Of a stretch of 59,201 nt of DNA, positions 56,594-59,201 are shown piece by piece (the first letter of the stretch is position 1; each line of letters begins with the position of its first letter). Source of the stretch: Candidatus Woesearchaeota archaeon (GTDB taxonomy: Archaea; Nanobdellota; Nanobdellia; Woesearchaeales; JABGXB01); the NCBI GenBank assembly GCA_018675975.1, contig JABGXB010000001.1, positions 1-59,201 of the forward strand, in the 5' to 3' direction. Under the pieces are notes generated by a model, which ran no database searches, was not told the DNA's origin, and saw nothing but the letters and a program-made list of their open reading frames with translations. Both the position numbers and the translations under genes were made by a program.

Positions 56594-59201
56594 TATAATA
56601 AGCCTCTTATTTTATCTTCATAATCACTTTTGGATATTTTTCCTTCCAAGTAATCTCTATAAATTCTTTTGAATGTATCTTTATTTAAATCTTTTTTATT
56701 TATATTATTTGCTTTAATACTATTTACTTTATTTTTAATTGTTTTACTTATTTGATTTTTTATTTCTATATGTCTATTATCTACTATTATTTGTTTTATT
56801 TTTGATATAAACGGTAATTTTATTTTATTAATTTCACTTTGATTATTATTTTCATTGACGATAATATTTTGATCCACAGTAATTTTTTTCTTTTGAATTT
56901 TATTATTAATATTTTTATGATTTAATTGACTTAATTTATTTTGAAGTGATTTTAATTTGATAAAGGAATGTTTATATCTGAAAATTAAAATAATAAAGAT
57001 AATTATAATTAATGAATATAATAATGGGACTTTATTTTTATTCCATGATTCAATATAATTAGAATCAAATATATTCTTACTAATTATGGATTCATTTTGT
57101 TTTGTATTATTAATTTCATTTTGAGTTAATTCAGTTGAGCTAATATTATTAATTTGTTTTATTTCAATTGGTTTCTTTTTTAAATCTAGTAAAGGTATTT
57201 TACATGTTTGTGTTGTATTTGGTTTAGTTTTCAAATGATTACATTCATTTTTATCAATACATATTCTTTCTTGATTTCCGTCTTTACATTCAGACCATTC
57301 TTCACATTCCCATTCTGCTTTACAAAGTTTTAATGCACTTCCACCGCCTCCTCCTCCAGAAGAACTAGATGATGAACTAGAAGTACATGACTGACTAGTT
57401 GTTGGTTTAGTAAATATAGTTCCACAACTATTTGAATCTGTTACACTTCGCGTTTGAGTTCCACTACTACAAGTTCCATAAGAACCAGTAACCCAATTTT
57501 CTGAACATATTGGATTAATACCTGTATTATTAAGTCCTGTAACTGTAAATATACCAGTACTATATGAACAAGTATAACCATTTTGATTTGTTCCATCACA
57601 CAAAATAAAAGTTTCATTTGCATTACTACAATTCCCTGAAAATGAACTTAATTCCACATTTTCATTATCAATTATACAAACATCATTTTTATTTGAAGAA
57701 GTAAAATTAAATGAAACATTTTTTTCATTTCCAACACCATGAATAATTAATTTAAAACTATTATTATTTTCTTCTTTGATTATTGAAATATTATTTAATG
57801 ATAAATTTTTACTAGAAAAATTATGATTAAATCTAATTAATTCAGTTCCATCATTAGTCAAATTTACTAATTGAATTCCAGAATAATTATTATTATCAAC
57901 ACCTAAATTATTTACTTTTATTGAGATATTGTCAAAATTTGTAAATATATTACTTTTATTTCCTTTTATATTATCAAATGAATTATTTAAAGAATCCCCG
58001 TCTGAATCATTATTAGGACCAGTTTCTAAATAATCTGCAATTCCATCATTATCTAAGTCTGAAAATAAAGTAGTAAAATTATAATTTGGAGAGCTATTTA
58101 ATATATTAGAATCTTCATCGATTAAAGTAGAATTTATTATTAATATTATTGAAGAATTTTCACTTAATCTATTTGTTGGTATAATAGTAATTTGATTTTC
58201 ACTTATTTCAACTGAAATATCAACTTCTGTATCATTATCTGTTAAAATAATTTTATTATTATTACTTAAACTAATATTTTTAGTGAAATTTAATACAAAA
58301 TTATTTGTAATATTAATTAATGTATTATTATTTGGATTTATATAATTTAATTCAAATGCTATTGGTCCTTGAGTTGTATTAAATAAAATACTAGAATTAA
58401 CTCTATTATTATTTTCATCAATTACAATAATAGTTACATTATATTCTGTACTTTCATTTAAGTCCGTTAAATTGTGTGTTGTATTGCTGATGCTTGTTGT
58501 ATTAATAATTAAACTATTATCTAATAAAATTTCATATCTATTAAAATCACTTGAATTAGTTTCATTAAATATTATATTAGCGCTAGATGAATTAATGTTT
58601 GTAATATTTAAATTTATTATTGGATTTGGATTAATATTATCAACTATTGTAAAATTAGATATTTGTGTATTATTTAAATTATTACTAGTATCATTTGCAT
58701 AAAATGTAATATTGATTAAACCATCTCCCATAAATTCATTTGTTTGATATTGTGCAGTATAAATATCTCCACTCGCTGACATTGAAACATTTGTTTTTGT
58801 TCCATTAAGTAATGTTACTTCTGCAAGTACAGTATCAACCCCAATAAAGTCTTGAACTGTAACATTAATTGTTACATTCTGTGTTTGATTAATTGTACTT
58901 GGACTAATTATAATATTTGTTACATTAGGTTTTGTTGTATCTTGTACAGTAATAAAATATGATAATGCTGAAGTACTATAATTTTGACTTTGATTATACT
59001 TTGCTGTAATATTAAATAATCCTAATGAATTAAAATTTGAAATATTTGTTATATTATTTAAATTACTTCTAACTTCAACTTCATCAAATAAAAATGTAAT
59101 ATTACTTTCTCCTGTAATTTTTGTAGCATTTATATTTACACTATCTCCTGCTTCAATTGTAATATTTGAAAAATTATTATTTAAACTTAAGTTCACATCA
59201 C
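56593..59201 (-). CDS. Large surface glycoprotein, 5'-truncated by the right window edge: Ig-like, FN3, Ca-binding DxDxDG, Cys-rich module, TSP1-like repeats, TM anchor, basic tail
   Basis: Frame is open to the window end (GAT precedes GTG 59196); LTDLNESTEYNV; DLDNDGIAD; CSENW..CSSGTQTR and CKAEWECEEWSEC; Ser/Gly linker; dense N-x-S/T sequons. Confidence 0.85.
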   Translation of the reverse strand, partial: DVNLSLNNNFSNITIEAGDSVNINATKITGESNITFLFDEVEVRSNLNNITNISNFNSLGLFNITAKYNQSQNYSTSALSYFITVQDTTKPNVTNIIISPSTINQTQNVTINVTVQDFIGVDTVLAEVTLLNGTKTNVSMSASGDIYTAQYQTNEFMGDGLINITFYANDTSNNLNNTQISNFTIVDNINPNPIINLNITNINSSSANIIFNETNSSDFNRYEILLDNSLIINTTSISNTTHNLTDLNESTEYNVTIIVIDENNNRVNSSILFNTTQGPIAFELNYINPNNNTLINITNNFVLNFTKNISLSNNNKIILTDNDTEVDISVEISENQITIIPTNRLSENSSIILIINSTLIDEDSNILNSSPNYNFTTLFSDLDNDGIADYLETGPNNDSDGDSLNNSFDNIKGNKSNIFTNFDNISIKVNNLGVDNNNYSGIQLVNLTNDGTELIRFNHNFSSKNLSLNNISIIKEENNNSFKLIIHGVGNEKNVSFNFTSSNKNDVCIIDNENVELSSFSGNCSNANETFILCDGTNQNGYTCSYSTGIFTVTGLNNTGINPICSENWVTGSYGTCSSGTQTRSVTDSNSCGTIFTKPTTSQSCTSSSSSSSSGGGGGGSALKLCKAEWECEEWSECKDGNQERICIDKNECNHLKTKPNTTQTCKIPLLDLKKKPIEIKQINNISSTELTQNEINNTKQNESIISKNIFDSNYIESWNKNKVPLLYSLIIIIFIILIFRYKHSFIKLKSLQNKLSQLNHKNINNKIQKKKITVDQNIIVNENNNQSEINKIKLPFISKIKQIIVDNRHIEIKNQISKTIKNKVNSIKANNINKKDLNKDTFKRIYRDYLEGKISKSDYEDKIRGLL

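Noticed and set aside
430..58702. Short ORF-track entries antisense to or nested in real genes (e.g. 430-612, 1887-2093, 9215-9430, 14596-14883, 20022-20240, 21952-22140, 23878-24093, 24710-24901, 34280-34525, 36549-36734, 38261-38452, 40823-41089, 41196-41438, 42463-42738, 45383-45574, 46552-46734, 56445-56672, 57441-57623, 58472-58702)
   Set aside because: They overlap well-supported genes or promoters, have shadow-ORF composition and show no motifs.
59194..59196. GTG 59196 as the start of the 867-aa protein
   Set aside because: The frame stays open to the window edge and there is no signal peptide, so the true start lies outside the window.

Overview
A very AT-rich, gene-dense archaeal chromosome segment, most likely from a DPANN lineage such as Woesearchaeota (inference). 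Markers are rpl21e-rpo4-DUF655, nop5/flpA, taw1, type II map, Rad50 and mostly leaderless genes with a TATA box about 22-26 bp upstream of the start. It is cut at both ends inside minus-strand genes: an S8 protease on the left and a large surface glycoprotein on the right. I found no tRNA, rRNA, CRISPR array, integrase or transposase. Main observations: (1) an integron-like array at 33.5-35.9 kb with two complete and one half attC-like site, separating three co-oriented genes that include a SIR2-like protein; (2) a signalling locus with a receiver, a PfkB-DUF835-GAF-histidine kinase fusion and a tandem Fis-HTH protein, plus a shared TGTC-N5-TGTCACA motif exactly 26 bp upstream of two nearby TATA boxes; (3) an archaeosortase and a 1926-aa PEF-CTERM surface protein that shares a Cys-rich module with the second surface protein; (4) an accessory island at 46-52 kb punctuated by ~50-bp repeats that look like collapsed copies of a small upstream ORF; (5) an unannotated 46-aa membrane ORF coupled by ATGA overlaps inside the nop5-AIM24-flpA cluster. 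All family calls come from motif recognition by eye; no database searches were run.
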